From positions 1,591,601 through 1,655,377 of the forward strand of contig NC_069005.1 in the NCBI RefSeq assembly GCF_001194135.2: a stretch of DNA of 63,777 nucleotides. The letters run 5' to 3'. The position numbers and the translations under genes are program-made. This stretch comes from Octopus bimaculoides (Eukaryota). Of this stretch, positions 35,833 through 48,437 are shown one piece after another. Below the pieces are notes generated by a model. The model was not told where the DNA came from. It saw only the letters and a list, made by a program, of their open reading frames with translations, and searched no databases. Position 1 is the first letter of the stretch; the number at the start of each line of letters is the position of its first letter.

Positions 35833-36515
35833 AAGAATAAAATGGAGGAAATTCAGAGGTTAACATACATACATACATACATGCATGCATACAAATATAT
35901 ATGATATATATATCAAAGGCTATTTTTGTATTCCTTTCAACAAGGGGGTGCGTAGTTGTGTGTATACACACAAAAGGACAGGAGTATGAATTCACGTGTG
36001 TATAGGCATGTATACATGTGCGTGAACGTATACACTCTTTATGCATAAATGTATTTTAAGGTTTTCCTTTTAATATTTACTTAATATGAAACATGTTTTC
36101 GAAGCGTTCCACAGTTTTCCAAGATTCGACGTGCCACACCCTTATTATTCTTTGTATATAAGCGTGTGTATGTTCGTATGCGCTTGTGTGTATGTATGTT
36201 TAAGTATATGTGTGCGTGTGCGCATGTGTCCCTCTGCGTTTGTGTGTGTGTGCGTGCGTATACGCATATGTGCCAGTGTGTGTGCGTGCACATATGTGCC
36301 TGTATGTATGTGTGTGTGCGCGTCTGTTCATATGTACCTCTGTGTATATGTCTGTGTGCGTGCATGTGTGTGCATATGTGCCTGTATGGATATGTGTGTG
36401 TGCATATAAGTATCTCTATTCTTTTATATCCTTATGCGTGTATATATGCATATAAAGATTTAAGTAAAAAGGAAAATGTAAACCCATTTAATGTGGAGAA
36501 TATAGATATAGAGTT

Positions 36516-36600
36516 TCCTACAGCTGTTTCTAGAGTAGTCGAGCGTATGCATCATCAAATCGATTAAGGATTCCATAAGTGAGTAAACCGTCATCAGAGA
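36516..36600 (-). ncRNA. Degenerate hammerhead-like motif
   Basis: Minus strand TCT-CTGATGA...GAAACAGCTGTA-GGA; same palindromic stem III as the 35009 copy, but stem II is poorly paired. Confidence 0.3.
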
Positions 36601-37287
36601 GGGTGAAGTGAAAGAAATGTAAAGGCGAGGGAAAGTCTGCAATCGCGGATGTGTCGAGAATGAGGGAAGGATCAAAGTAGAATAGGAATGAGTTTGGTAG
36701 ATCCATGATCGAGTGAAAAATACAGTTATAGGCAATATCCATGGGCCTGAGAACGAAATTTGCTTCGGAGGGTGCAAACTCAGGTCCAGTTTCTTTTACA
36801 AACAAGGCCGATTTTTTTTTCAGTTTTAATATTAAGACGAACACATTTATTATTGTTGTATATGGAAAAGGAATGCTTCAAATCATTCCAAAGATTTCTC
36901 TATACTCGCTCATTGTGGCAATGAAGTTTCCCAAGAGGAGGTCCAAAGTATTTTCATTGCATAATGTGTCATTATGTTACGGAGTCAGATCTTCAAACAG
37001 CGGCGTGTGCTGAACATTCTCTCACTTGATGCAACTGGCACGGGCTTGCAACAAAGTTCAATGCATCAGTGACCATGGAAATGAACTTCCATTATGCAGC
37101 TGAGGAGTACATTTTCATTGCACATCTTATGTGGTGTTCTCACTACATAAATAAATGAAGTTTGTACGAAACGTACGTACTGCTATAACCTAATACATTT
37201 TTGTTGCTTTTCTTCANNNNNNNNNNNNNNNNNNNNNNNNNNNNNNNNNNNNNNNNNNNNNNNNNNNNNNNNNNNNNNNNNNNNNNN

Positions 37288-37319
<32 letters not shown>

Positions 37320-38051
37320 AAAATTATTTGTTATTTGTATACCATTTCTCCATTTTTTTCCGTCCTTGTTTTCATATACATTCTTCCAAGGAATCTAGTG
37401 CTCTAGCTTAGTTTTTCCTTGGGGTTGGTCAGATTGGAGCAATCTCGAGTATAACCAGCCAAAATTGCAATGATAATCGGGAACTTGACGGAGGAAAGAA
37501 AACTCCGAATGACCCGTCCTTGTTTTCTTTGTTGCGTCTGTCTGGATGTCTAGTTGTCTCTTTTTGTATCACCTAACTGTTTGGATGTTTTGCGTTCTTG
37601 ACCTATTTTTGTATTTTTTTGTGTATAAAAATATAGCGGCGTACGTACACTTTAGTCTCTTATACATAAATACATACATACATAACACTTATGCAGAAGT
37701 GTAATAAGTTTGTATCGAAAGACATAGTCTTCAACAAGTTGCAGTGCTAAATATAATTACAGTGTATCACGTTACTACTTTTGGAAACATTTCCAAACGA
37801 AGCCTTAAGTTGAATCAAAGCCAATACATTGCCGCTTGCAGCCTGATATTTTATTAAACGTGTTTTCCTGTAATATTTGAACTTTTAAATGAAAGTAGAA
37901 ACGGGGCTATATTAGAGTATCAAGACTGTATTTTGATTCGCTTGACACACCCATGCACTTAAACGCGCAACTCTGATATTTCAGTGTCTTATTTTAAGGA
38001 GTTAAAGCAGAGTAATATTACATGAACACGGTTTATATATATATATATATA

Positions 38052-38082
38052 CTAGACTTACTACCCAGCGTTGCCCGGTGTT
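38052..38082 (-). mobile_element. Helitron 3' terminus (hairpin + CTAG|T) abutting (TA)n
   Basis: Minus strand CCGGGCAACGCTGGG...CTAG followed by T. Confidence 0.6.
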
Positions 38083-38094
38083 CACGGACTGTTG

Positions 38095-38512
38095 CCATAG
38101 TAATGAAGCTAAAGCACGCAGAGTGAAGACGTTTGGCACAGATTGACCTTGAACTCTGCTGTGCATGCGCACTGAGTTTCAATGTTCTAGCTCACTTCCG
38201 CTGTTTACAGCAGTGCTTGGAAGGAAGATGTGTAACGTGTGATCGTCGCATTGACCATTACAGAGAAAGTTGACCAGAGAATCTGCTTCAGATTTTGCCA
38301 AAAGCTTAGGTGATACCTGCTCAGAGGCCTACGCAAAGTTTTTATAATATTTTCACCGTTCTCGATACAATCAAGGAAATCTTGTGCAACTGAAAACCCG
38401 AGTGTCTTTTTGGTCAGCTGAAAGCAGGCGTCTCACACCCAATTCCTCAGTGATAATGGACTGAACTGAACCGTAACTAATCTGTATATCCTCTGATAAT
38501 TCCTGGATGGTG
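38095..38512. mobile_element. Two mariner transposase fragments in opposite orientations
   Basis: Plus strand TEKVDQRICFRFCQKL..DTCSEAYAK (about 38260-38340); minus strand VTIQELSEDIQISYGSVQSIITEELGVRRLLSADQKDTRV (38370-38512). Confidence 0.75.
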
Positions 38513-38749
38513 ACAAGGGATTGTCTATAAGCCGCTCCAGGCGCTAGAAACAAACGTCAAAAGACGCCAATGCCACCTTAAAAATTCCCCAAAAATAAAA
38601 CATGGGCTGTAGTCGAGCAAAAAAAATATAATGAATTAAACTTTTAGCTAAACGTGTACAAGTTCCCGTTTTTGGAGTTTTTAAGGTGATATTTGCATCT
38701 TTTGGCGTCTATTTCTAGATCGTAGAGAGGCTTATAGCCAATCCCTTGT
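38513..38749. mobile_element. MITE with about 85-bp imperfect TIRs
   Basis: ACAAGGGATT.GCTATAAGCC...CTAGAAA...CCTTAAAAA on both ends in inverted orientation; TA on the right flank. Confidence 0.75.
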
Positions 38750-39325
38750 TATAATTTATATATATATGAACGTATGTATATATCTGTGTCTATATGTGTG
38801 TGTGTCGCGCATAAGCATATATACACACACATGCATTTCTATTTGCATATGTGTGTGTGTGTTTCGTATATATTTGTGCATTTGTGTGCACTGATGTCTA
38901 TAAACATGTTTATGTTTGTAAATGAATGTACATATGTGTTCATTTGTGAGAAGTACTTTTGTGGATAAATTATTTATTTATTTGACATATAAAAGATAGG
39001 AATGAAGGCAGAGACAGTCGTAAATAAAATATGATCGGTGGGGGTGGGGTAGAAAGAAAGAAAGAGCTCACTGTACACACACACACACACAAAGCTACCA
39101 AATATCTCATAGCAAACCATAAAAATACAAAAACATCCTCGCATACACCCCCACACATTCACACGCACTGTTCATTACCTCATAAAATATGAATATTGTA
39201 ACAAAAGCCTAGAGAGATTGAGACAGATATGGAGAAACGAGGCCAAGTCATTGAAGAGACCATAGAAAGGAATCTAGTCAGGTCATGGATGCAACAAAAG
39301 CACATCAATGTGCTTTTACAGGTAT

Positions 39326-39820
39326 ACGGAGTGGTATTAAAAAGTTCCCGGACTAGTTCTGTAGCGCGCCAACAGATCGCAGCACACGGCTGCGTGCGCA
39401 GTGAAAGCTAGCAGTGACTTTTACGAGGCAGTGTGGGCCGAGTGAGCTCGCTGTGCTTACTTCGTAGGTTGTGAAATTTGTGCTTTTGTGATTACGTGTT
39501 TGCAGTAATCTGCTATTTTTTTGTCATGGAGAAGAACAAAGATCCGGTGTTGTGAGATTTGGCGTTAAACTTAGGAAGTCTGCTACAAAGACATTGAGCA
39601 CGCTTCGTCAAGCTTACAGCGACGAGGCAATGGGGCAATGTTTCGAGTGGCACGGGTGCTTCAAAAGCGGAAGAACGACCCTGGAAGACGATGAACGATC
39701 TGGAAGACCTTCCGAGCGTGACCCGCGGACGAATTTTCCATCCCTCAAGGCCAGACCGTCAATCAAGAGTTCTGTGACGTTTTGAAGCGTTTGAGGGCGA
39801 AAACGACCGGATCTGCGGCA
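39326..39820 (+). mobile_element. Internally deleted mariner element (5' TIR, N-terminal HTH, DDE fragment)
   Basis: TIR-like GGTATTAAAAAGTTCCCGGACT; VKLRKSATKTL...QCFEWHGCFKSGRTTLEDDERSGRPS then PQGQTVNQEF. Confidence 0.85.
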
Positions 39821-40224
39821 TATAGCGTAATGGTTAACAGTGCGGGTTACTAACCCCAAGATTCCAAGTTCAATTCCAGGCAGTGCCTTGAATAAATAAT
39901 AATAATAATAATATGCTCTCGCTTCCCTTCGACTAATCACGTGAAAGCGTTACAATCACATTCCCTCTACCTCACGTCATGGACGCTTCTCTCTCCCTCT
40001 TTTCTTTCTCTTTCTTTTTCTCTAATTACGTGAAAGCGTTACCAACGGGCTAAGTAACGTAATGACAAGCAGAATTGTTATGAGATTTTCATTTAAAACT
40101 AGATCGAAGTTAGAGTGAGAAGTTTCGTGTTCGTGAAATTTTTGAAGTTCCGCGGAGTTTGTGAATTGAAATGATCGGAAGGAAATATTGAAGAACTTCA
40201 ACTTTCGGCCCAAATCGAACTTCC

Positions 40225-40905
40225 GGCAGAGTCAGTTTATTCAGAGATTTGGATGCTGGAAGATTTGCAGCTCAGCTTCTGGATCTGGGAAATGGAAACG
40301 TTCGGCAAGGCTGTAATGGAGACATCACTTTTCCAAATGGCTGTGGCATTTTGGTCAAAACTGTAGAAGAGTTGATTACCAACGTTTATCCAAACATTGG
40401 ACATAATTTTCAAGATCATGACTGGCTTAGTGAAAGAGCCATACTTGCACCAAAGAATGAAATTGTCCAGGTTGTCAATTGGAAACTTATGCAACATTCC
40501 TCAATAGTGAGGGAAAACTTTATTTCCCAGTTGATACCGTTGTGGACCCCAATGAGGCTGTGAATGATCCTACTGAGATTCCTAACTCTTTGAATCTTCT
40601 TGGAATGCCTTCTCACAGACTGACATTGAAGAAAGAAGTTCCAATCATGCTTTTGAGAAATCTGGATCCTCCAAAGTTGTGCAATGGAACCAGACTGATT
40701 GTCAGGCAAATGCATCCGCATCTTTTGGAAGCGACAATCCTCACCGGGCAAGGAAAAGGAGAAAATGTTTATTCCAAGAATTCCACTGATTCCAGTAGAC
40801 ATACCCTTTGAATTCAAGAGACTTCAATTCCCAGTGAGAATTAGTTTTGCAATGTCACTTAACAAGAGTCAAGGACAATCACTGAAGATTGTTGAACTTC
40901 ACCTC
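40225..40905 (+). mobile_element. Helitron PIF1-like helicase fragment (frameshifted)
   Basis: WLSERAILAPKN, PIMLLRNLDPPKLCNGTRLIV, FIPRIPLIP..PFEFKRLQFPVRISFAMSLNKSQGQSL across three overlapping ORFs. Confidence 0.95.
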
Positions 40906-40939
40906 ATGCAGTGCAGTGCTTTTCTCCAAAATTCTTCAA

Positions 40940-41265
40940 ATTGGTAGGGTACCAATAAATGCTTTATTATTATTGCTCTCTGTAGATTTGGGCTGCACAT
41001 CCAATAAGCCCTCCGCAAGAGCTAGCTTAAAAGTCCGCACGATTCTTCCCAGCGACATCCTAATCACATGTCTGTAAAACCAGAACTGTGACCTCTCAGT
41101 ACCGAGACGTAGCAGATCAACCTGGAGAGACTCCCAGATCTCCGATCTAGGCACCCTGTTCAGTAGTAGGATTACTCCAGAGATGCTTCGGAGGAACCCC
41201 GTTTCGGCCACTTGTATTCTCGAACATACTCTTTTGGTCGTTATCCAACATTCATGACAAAGGTG
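40940..41265 (-). mobile_element. RTE (Expander/Rex3-like) LINE 3' end
   Basis: AETGFLRSISGVILLNRVPRSEIWESLQVDLLRLGTERSQ..F..HVIRM, with an (AAT)n-like tail. Confidence 0.8.
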
Positions 41266-41722
41266 AGGCCAGGTACGAAAACTAAAATGGAGATTGCAAG
41301 CTGGGATTTTTTTAAACCAACTTCTTCACTTCTGAGGATTGAACACCGGAACTAGCGCTTTACTGTGCTGGCACGTCCATTTCTAGCATTACTTGGACAC
41401 ATTGATTTTTTCCCCATATATGGTCATATAAAAAAAAGCGCGAACGTGTATAAAGATTTCTACCGAATTATAGACGTTTCTTTTGAACTCCGTCTGTGGT
41501 AAAGCGAGCGTCTACGAAAATGGCCTTTGAAAATATTGCTGTGAAATAATGGTGTTGGAGGAATTTTATAAGAGAATCTGAAATTAATTAACTAATTAAT
41601 GTGAACATGTGCTGAAACTAATGAAAACGTAGATGGGTGGACGGGTGGGTGAGGGACATGGGAGGTGTCTTAGGGACTTGCATTAATGGTTTTTAAAGAC
41701 TGGGTGTGACTTATTATTTCAT

Positions 41723-41755
<33 letters not shown>

Positions 41756-41971
41756 TATGATTGTGTGTGTGTGCATTTATAGATATATATATATATATAT
41801 ATATATGAATGTATGTATGTTTATATAGTATGTTTTTTATATATATATTCACACACACTCATGGATAAATTGATAGAGACATGCATGACAAAGATATGCA
41901 CGCATGTAGACATTCACATATACACGCAATCATAGATACAGGTACATACACACACACAAACACATTCATAC

Positions 41972-42021
<50 letters not shown>

Positions 42022-43139
42022 TTTTATAATGCTAGAGCTTCTTTCTTTATTTGACTATAATTTTTCTCTGCTGCTATCAGAGAGCGTGAGGCATGAACCA
42101 CCGCCGTCATATTACCGTCTTTATATTTTTGTAGCATTACTGCTCATATTCCGTATTCAGAAACGTCAGAAGCTACAACAATCTCCGCTGCAGGATCGAA
42201 ACGCCTTTTGACAATTTTTTTACCAATTCCACTTCACATTCTTTTGTAGCAAATTATTTAGTGGAGTTCTCAATTCATGCGTCTTTGATATATAATTCGC
42301 TAGACCTAAAAAAGCTTGTAAGGTCATTATATTAGTCGGAGGAGGCATATTTATAATTGCGTTTGCTCTCGACAGGTCTGGTCATCGTCTATTCCTGTCG
42401 ATAATTTGTCCGAAATACTTAATTTTAGATAAGAAAATTTCTCATTTTTCCTCACTCAGTGCGAAACCGTAATCTCTTATCTATTCAAAAAACACGTTTT
42501 ACATGCTCGACATGCTGATCACGAGATTCACTTTTAATTAATATATCATCCAAGTATGGAATTGTGAATTCACAGACGGCTAACATTGCATCCATAACCT
42601 GAATGGTTTTTAACCCTCAAGTGCTCAACTGCCGAAAGTATTGAAACCCAAACTGTAAAACCAACTGGAAGTAAGCAGACGACCTTCCGCTCGTGTCCAA
42701 AGATACAGACTCGATTGACCTTCTAAGTTTTGATTCCGCGAAGACGCTTGGGTTTAGAGATTCCATAAGTTCTCCATAAACTACTTGTCCCCATATCCTT
42801 AAAAATTTCATTTCAACACCTTCCAAACTATACACGTATATCTCTAGAAATATTCCTTTTATACATTGAAATAAGAGCAGAAGCGCTTCTTCTCAGCTTC
42901 ATTCAGTTGAAATTGTTTGATACAGCTGATCATATTCAGACTTACTTGAATATACGCCGCACCACTTTGAAGCCGTAGAGGATGCGGCTCTTCTTGGAGA
43001 AAGAAAGATACTTGCAATCAGAATGGTACCAGGCATCTTGCAGTGCGTGTCACTGGAACCTGTGGTGACTAGAACCTGTTGTGTCACTGGGAGACAAATA
43101 TCACCTGACAGGATGTAGCATTTGTCATATAAGTATGTA

Positions 43140-43240
43140 TGTATAAATGTATGAATGTATAAATGTATGAATGTATAAATGTATGAATGTATAAATGTAT
43201 GTATGTATAAATGTATGAATGTATAAATGTATGAATGTAT
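43140..43240. repeat. 16-bp minisatellite (ATAAATGTATGAATGT) x about 6
   Basis: Direct reading. Confidence 0.95.
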
Positions 43241-46104
43241 AGGTGTGTGCATGTATGTATGGGTGTCTGTCTGTCTGTCTGTATGTCTATACGTGTGCAT
43301 ATATGTGGATACACATACATACGTATATATATTAAAGAAATTAATCCAATGTGGCTTTTACTCAAGATATCTCACTTCCCAGAACAAATTGTTTGTTTAG
43401 TTTTCAGATATTTCTTCAAAACAAAAAGAAAAAGTTGTCTCTTTAAAATTTGAAACAACAACAACAAACATCACAAGATTTCAGATGTTCTTAAATTTTT
43501 TCTTTTTTAATCTAATCCTTAACCATTTGTGTCTCGTTCATTTGGCAAAGTTCGCGAGATGAAAATTCACCAGAATACGTTGCTATTCGAAAAATCTACA
43601 AGGGGCCGACGACTTCCCTTTTCCGGTGTAGAAAGGTATCCATCTGAAATTTCAATTTACTGCAACGATATTACATGAGGGAGATATAATATGGTTCAGC
43701 AGTAATTTTTGGGTGTAGTTGCTCAAACCCTTTCTTCATTTCCTTTCTTGCTTCTCGTCTGGCTGAACGAATTTTTGTTGAAATAAAATGTATGGAACCT
43801 AATAAAAGTACTGTTTACACAAGCGAGATTAATTAAGAAAGATAGACGGTACAGTTTTTACAACTTATATCACTGTTTCATTTACAGTGTGCAAATACTG
43901 TATATAATACCTCGCTGTGGAAATAGAAACCGAGGTTAGAATCATAAGGTCCTTTGTAGGACGAAAGCAATTAGGTGGCCGAATGAGTTTTGGTGGTTAT
44001 CGATAACTTTCGACTGAGTCTAAAAGTACTCTTCCGAGAGGGAGGGGGAGGGAGAGATAGAGGGTGGGGAAGAGGGGTTGAGAAAAAGAGGGAAAGGGAT
44101 CAAAAGAGAGAAAGAGAGAGAGAGAGAGAGTAGCCACGAAGAATTTTATTTATTTGCATATCAGGTCAATCACTAACAGAACTACTTGAATCAAAAATGC
44201 TAAAAGTACAGAGCTCCCCATTTTTCTTTCTCTTTCTCTCCCTCCCCCTCTCTCTCTTCCTCTTTATTTCTTTCTCCCCCCCCCTCTCTCAGTCTCGCTC
44301 TCTTTATGTGTGTATGTGTTGGGGTTGGGGAGTTGTTCACATGTGTTCGTCGGATGAAAAGGCAACCGTAACCGGTGAAACCGGAGCTGTTTCTTGGGTT
44401 CGCGTCCTTCAGGCGCAACCTTCTGGTTTAACGACAGGGCGTAGCTGCGCAGCAAGGCTGAATGTCCCACGCTGCATGGGTAATTTACGCACGCGTGCAT
44501 TCCCCAACACACACACACACACACTTTGCATATCTATCTATCTATCTAAATATATATATATGTGTGTGTGTGCACACATATATATGCTTGTATCTCTCTC
44601 TNNNNNNNNNNNNNNNNNNNNNNNNNNNNNNNNNNNNNNNNNNNNNNNNNNNNNNNNNNNNNNNNNNNNNNNNNNNNNNNNNNNNNNNNNNNNNNNNNNN
44701 NNNNNNNNNNNNNNNNNNNNNNNNNNNNNNNNNNNNNNNNNNNNNNNNNNNNNNNNNNNNNNNNNNNNNNNNNNNNNNNNNNNNNNNNNNNNNNNNNNNN
44801 NNNNNNNNNNNNNNNNNNNNNNNNNNNNNNNNNNNNNNNNNNNNNNNNNNNNNNNNNNNNNNNNNNNNNNNNNNNNNNNNNNNNNNNNNNNNNNNNNNNN
44901 NNNNNNNNNNNNNNNNNNNNNNNNNNNNNNNNNNNNNNNNNNNNNNNNNNNNNNNNNNNNNNNNNNNNNNNNNNNNNNNNNNNNNNNNNNNNNNNNNNNN
45001 NNNNNNNNNNNNNNNNNNNNNNNNNNNNNNNNNNNNNNNNNNNNNNNNNNNNNNNNNNNNNNNNNNNNNNNNNNNNNNNNNNNNNNNNNNNNNNNNNNNN
45101 NNNNNNNNNNNNNNNNNNNNNNNNNNNNNNNNNNNNNNNNNNNNNNNNNNNNNNNNNNNNNNNNNNNNNNNNNNNNNNNNNNNNNNNNNNNNNNNNNNNN
45201 NNNNNNNNNNNNNNNNNNNNNNNNNNNNNNNNNNNNNNNNNNNNNNNNNNNNNNNNNNNNNNNNNNNNNNNNNNNNNNNNNNNNNNNNNNNNNNNNNNNN
45301 NNNNNNNNNNNNNNNNNNNNNNNNNNNNNNNNNNNNNNNNNNNNNNNNNNNNNNNNNNNNNNNNNNNNNNNNNNNNNNNNNNNNNNNNNNNNNNNNNNNN
45401 NNNNNNNNNNNNNNNNNNNNNNNNNNGGTCGATAAATAAAGTACCAGTTACGCACTGGGGTCGATGTAATCGACTTAATCCCTTTGTCTGTCCTTGTTTG
45501 TCCCCTCTATGTTTAGCCCCTTGTGGGCAATAAAGAAATAAGTATTTTGTCTGTCTTTACGTTCTGAGTTCAAATTCCGCCGAGGTTGACTTTACATTTC
45601 ATCCTTTCGGGTTTCATAAAGAAAGTACCAGTTGAAAAGTGAGATCGATGCAATCGATTTACGCCCTAGCACACACCCACCCCAAAATTTCAGGCCTTGT
45701 GGCTACAGTAGAAAGGAACATAGCCGGGTCGTCGGGGATTAAACCGGTTCACCCCAAACGATGAGGGCTGCTTGAAAATCAGTAGAAATGTAAAACCTAT
45801 CAAAGAACGGTCAAAGCTATCATGGAACATGTCCACTCTAGTAGCAAAGCTTATTGACTCATCTCAATAGCTTTAAAGTTGTTTTCCATGGAGCCGGGTG
45901 TTGATTGGATCACGAGCTCGTATAAGTAAAATGGAAATTGGCTGGGAGAAAAATATCTAAAACAAACAACACGAAAGTTTTGAAACTGTTAAATGTTGAC
46001 AAATTCTGAGATCCTGCAATATCTGCATCTTTTTGTAAAACTCTTCGAAATTTATCAGCTGAGAATTCTTGGTCAAACTTTAAACGTAGAGTTTATGCCG
46101 CTAC

Positions 46105-46260
46105 AGCCGTTATCTTGGGGCGGCACCAGGAAACACAAAGACAAACATTAGTTTGATGAAAATAACGCCCAAATATCTGAATTCCTCAACATCACACGTA
46201 AAATACACCAAAAATTCTTCAGTCCTTGAAAGAAACTTTGAAAACAGAGGAATTATTGAA
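46105..46260 (+). mobile_element. Decayed RTE/BovB-like LINE ORF fragment
   Basis: RKHKDKH*FDENNAQISEFLNITRK resembles RKHQDWFDEN..EI..LL. Confidence 0.4.
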
Positions 46261-47151
46261 GAGCCATAAACCGGCGTTGCAGAGGGAACGAAAGCACTGA
46301 AGAACATCACAGATATACAATCAACCGGTCTACAATAATGAACGCTTCTTTAAAAGAAACGGCTGATTCTCGCTAATCGACAACTGCACCACCCCACCTT
46401 GGTTCCACCGACGGATCCACTTTAATCAGTGATACTGAAGCTTGTTGTAAAGCGAAAGACAGAACATTCCACGTCAATTGAGAGAAAAAAAAAAGAAAGA
46501 AAGAGAAAACTACAGACAAGTGTCCTAATTTTTCGATGCCTTGTTTATGTCAGTGGTTTCAGTAGTATGCATGTCAAAGACACCTTTATCTTCTGCTATG
46601 ATCTCTTATTATGCACTCGGCTTTGCTGCTTTCTGCAGTCGGTTTTTGGTATAGAACCGGCCAAAAATAGAACAGACCTGCTGGCAGGCAGTAATGATAT
46701 CAAGCAAAATCTTGAACGGAGTAACAAAACGACAACATAAAAAGTGGTCTTTGTTATTTAGCTAAATTCTGAATAAGGGTTAAACTGTTATGCGTGTAAT
46801 GAAGTATTGCTCTTAAATCGGGGGTAAAAAAATTTTGTTGAAATATTTTTTATAAACAGTTTTATTCAGTTTATGAAGAAGAATGTTGAAATATTTGTCA
46901 AAATTCCCTTCCATTACTCGATGACAAAATGTTACATGACATGGCTGTCATCTCAGATTCTCATAACAATAGATTGATATTTCGTTTACTTTCTTTCTAC
47001 ATATTCTGCTTGTTTTTGTCAGTTTTACTTTCTTTGGTTGATGTTTTGGTTGCAGATCTAAACAGTTCCGAATTCAAACCATTACTCTCCGCACTGTCTA
47101 AGTTGGCAATGACCTACTTAAGCATCAGTAGTAATATTTCTAATTCCACTA

Positions 47152-48437
47152 AGGCGGCAAGCCGACAGGATCGTTACCACGGCAGACGAATTACTTAGCG
47201 GTATTTCGTCTGTCTTTATGTTCTGAGTTCAAATTCCGCTGAGNNNNNNNNNNNNNNNNNNNNNNNNNNNNNNNNNNNNNNNNNNNNNNNNNNNNNNNNN
47301 NNNNNNNNNNNNNNNNNNNNNNNNNNNNNNNNNNNNNNNNNNNNNNNNNNNNNNNNNNNNNNNNNNNNNNNNNNNNNNNNNNNNNNNNNNNNNNNNNNNN
47401 NNNNNNNNNNNNNNNNNNNNNNNNNNNNNNNNNNNNNNNNNNNNNNNNNNNNNNNNNNNNNNNNNNNNNNNNNNNNNNNNNNNNNNNNNNNNNNNNNNNN
47501 NNNNNNNNNNNNNNNNNNNNNNNNNNNNNNNNNNNNNNNNNNNNNNNNNNNNNNNNNNNNNNNNNNNNNNNNNNNNNNNNNNNNNNNNNNNNNNNNNNNN
47601 NNNNNNNNNNNNNNNNNNNNNNNNNNNNNNNNNNNNNNNNNNNNNNNNNTTTCGTCTGTCTTTATGTTCTGAGTTCAAATTCCGCCGAGATCAACTTTGT
47701 CATTCATCTTTTCGGGGTCGATAAAATAAGTACCAGTTGAGCTCTAGGACCGATGTATTTGACTTAACCCCTCACTTGGAATTACTGGCCTTGTGGCAAA
47801 AATTTGGCACTTTCTCTTACATCATTTCGGGGTCGGTAAAATAAAATATTGGGGTCGATGTAACCAAGGAAACTTCTATTCAAAATTCCTGGCCATTTTG
47901 TCAAAATTTGAAATTATTGTTGATGATGTTGTTGTCGTCATCATTATTATTAAGGCGGCGAGCTGGCAGAATCGTTAGCACGCCGGATGAAATGCTTCGC
48001 GGTATTTCGTCTGCCGCTACGTTCAGCGTTCAAATTCCGCCGAGGTCGACTTTGCCTTTCATCCTTTCGGGTCGATAAATTAAGTACCAGTTACATACTG
48101 GTCAATTTAATCGAATGTCCCCTCCTCCTCCAAAATTTCAGGCCTTGTGCCCAGAGTAGAAAGGATTATTATTATTATTATTATCATCATTATTATTATT
48201 ATTAAGGTGGCAAGATGGCAGAATCGTTAGCACGCTGGACGAAATGCTCAGCGCTATTTCGCCCATCGCTACGTTCTGAGTTCAAATTCCGCCGAGGTTG
48301 ACTTTGCCTTTCATCCTTTCGGGTCGATAAATTAAGTACCAGTTGAACACTTGGGTCAATGTAATCGATTCATCCCCTCCACCAAACTGCCCTTGTGGCA
48401 AAAATTATTATTATTAATAGTAGTAGTAGTAGCAGTG
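47152..48437 (+). repeat. Second head-to-tail array (at least 4 copies, contains a gap) of the same SINE; single copies near 29335, 45427, 51520, 53390, 54000
   Basis: Same unit sequence separated by (ATT)n tails. Confidence 0.9.

Noticed and set aside
37405-37480. GGTTGG…CCAGCC-AAAATTGCAAT resembling hammerhead stem II and a palindromic stem III
   Set aside because: No CUGANGA core upstream and GAAA is mutated; at most a highly decayed or unrelated repeat.
39820-39885. tRNA-like sequence with A and B boxes
   Set aside because: Cloverleaf incomplete, no acceptor stem; better explained as a SINE head, like the other tRNA-like heads in the window.
47054-47150. Strong acceptor followed by DLNSSEFKPLLSALSKLAMTYLSIS
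   Set aside because: No convincing donor or partner exon. Weak resemblance to a hAT dimerisation motif; insufficient for a call.
27104-48437. Regularly spaced repeats suggestive of a CRISPR-like array
   Set aside because: Units are about 220-bp SINEs with microsatellite tails in a eukaryotic genome; no unique spacers or cas genes.
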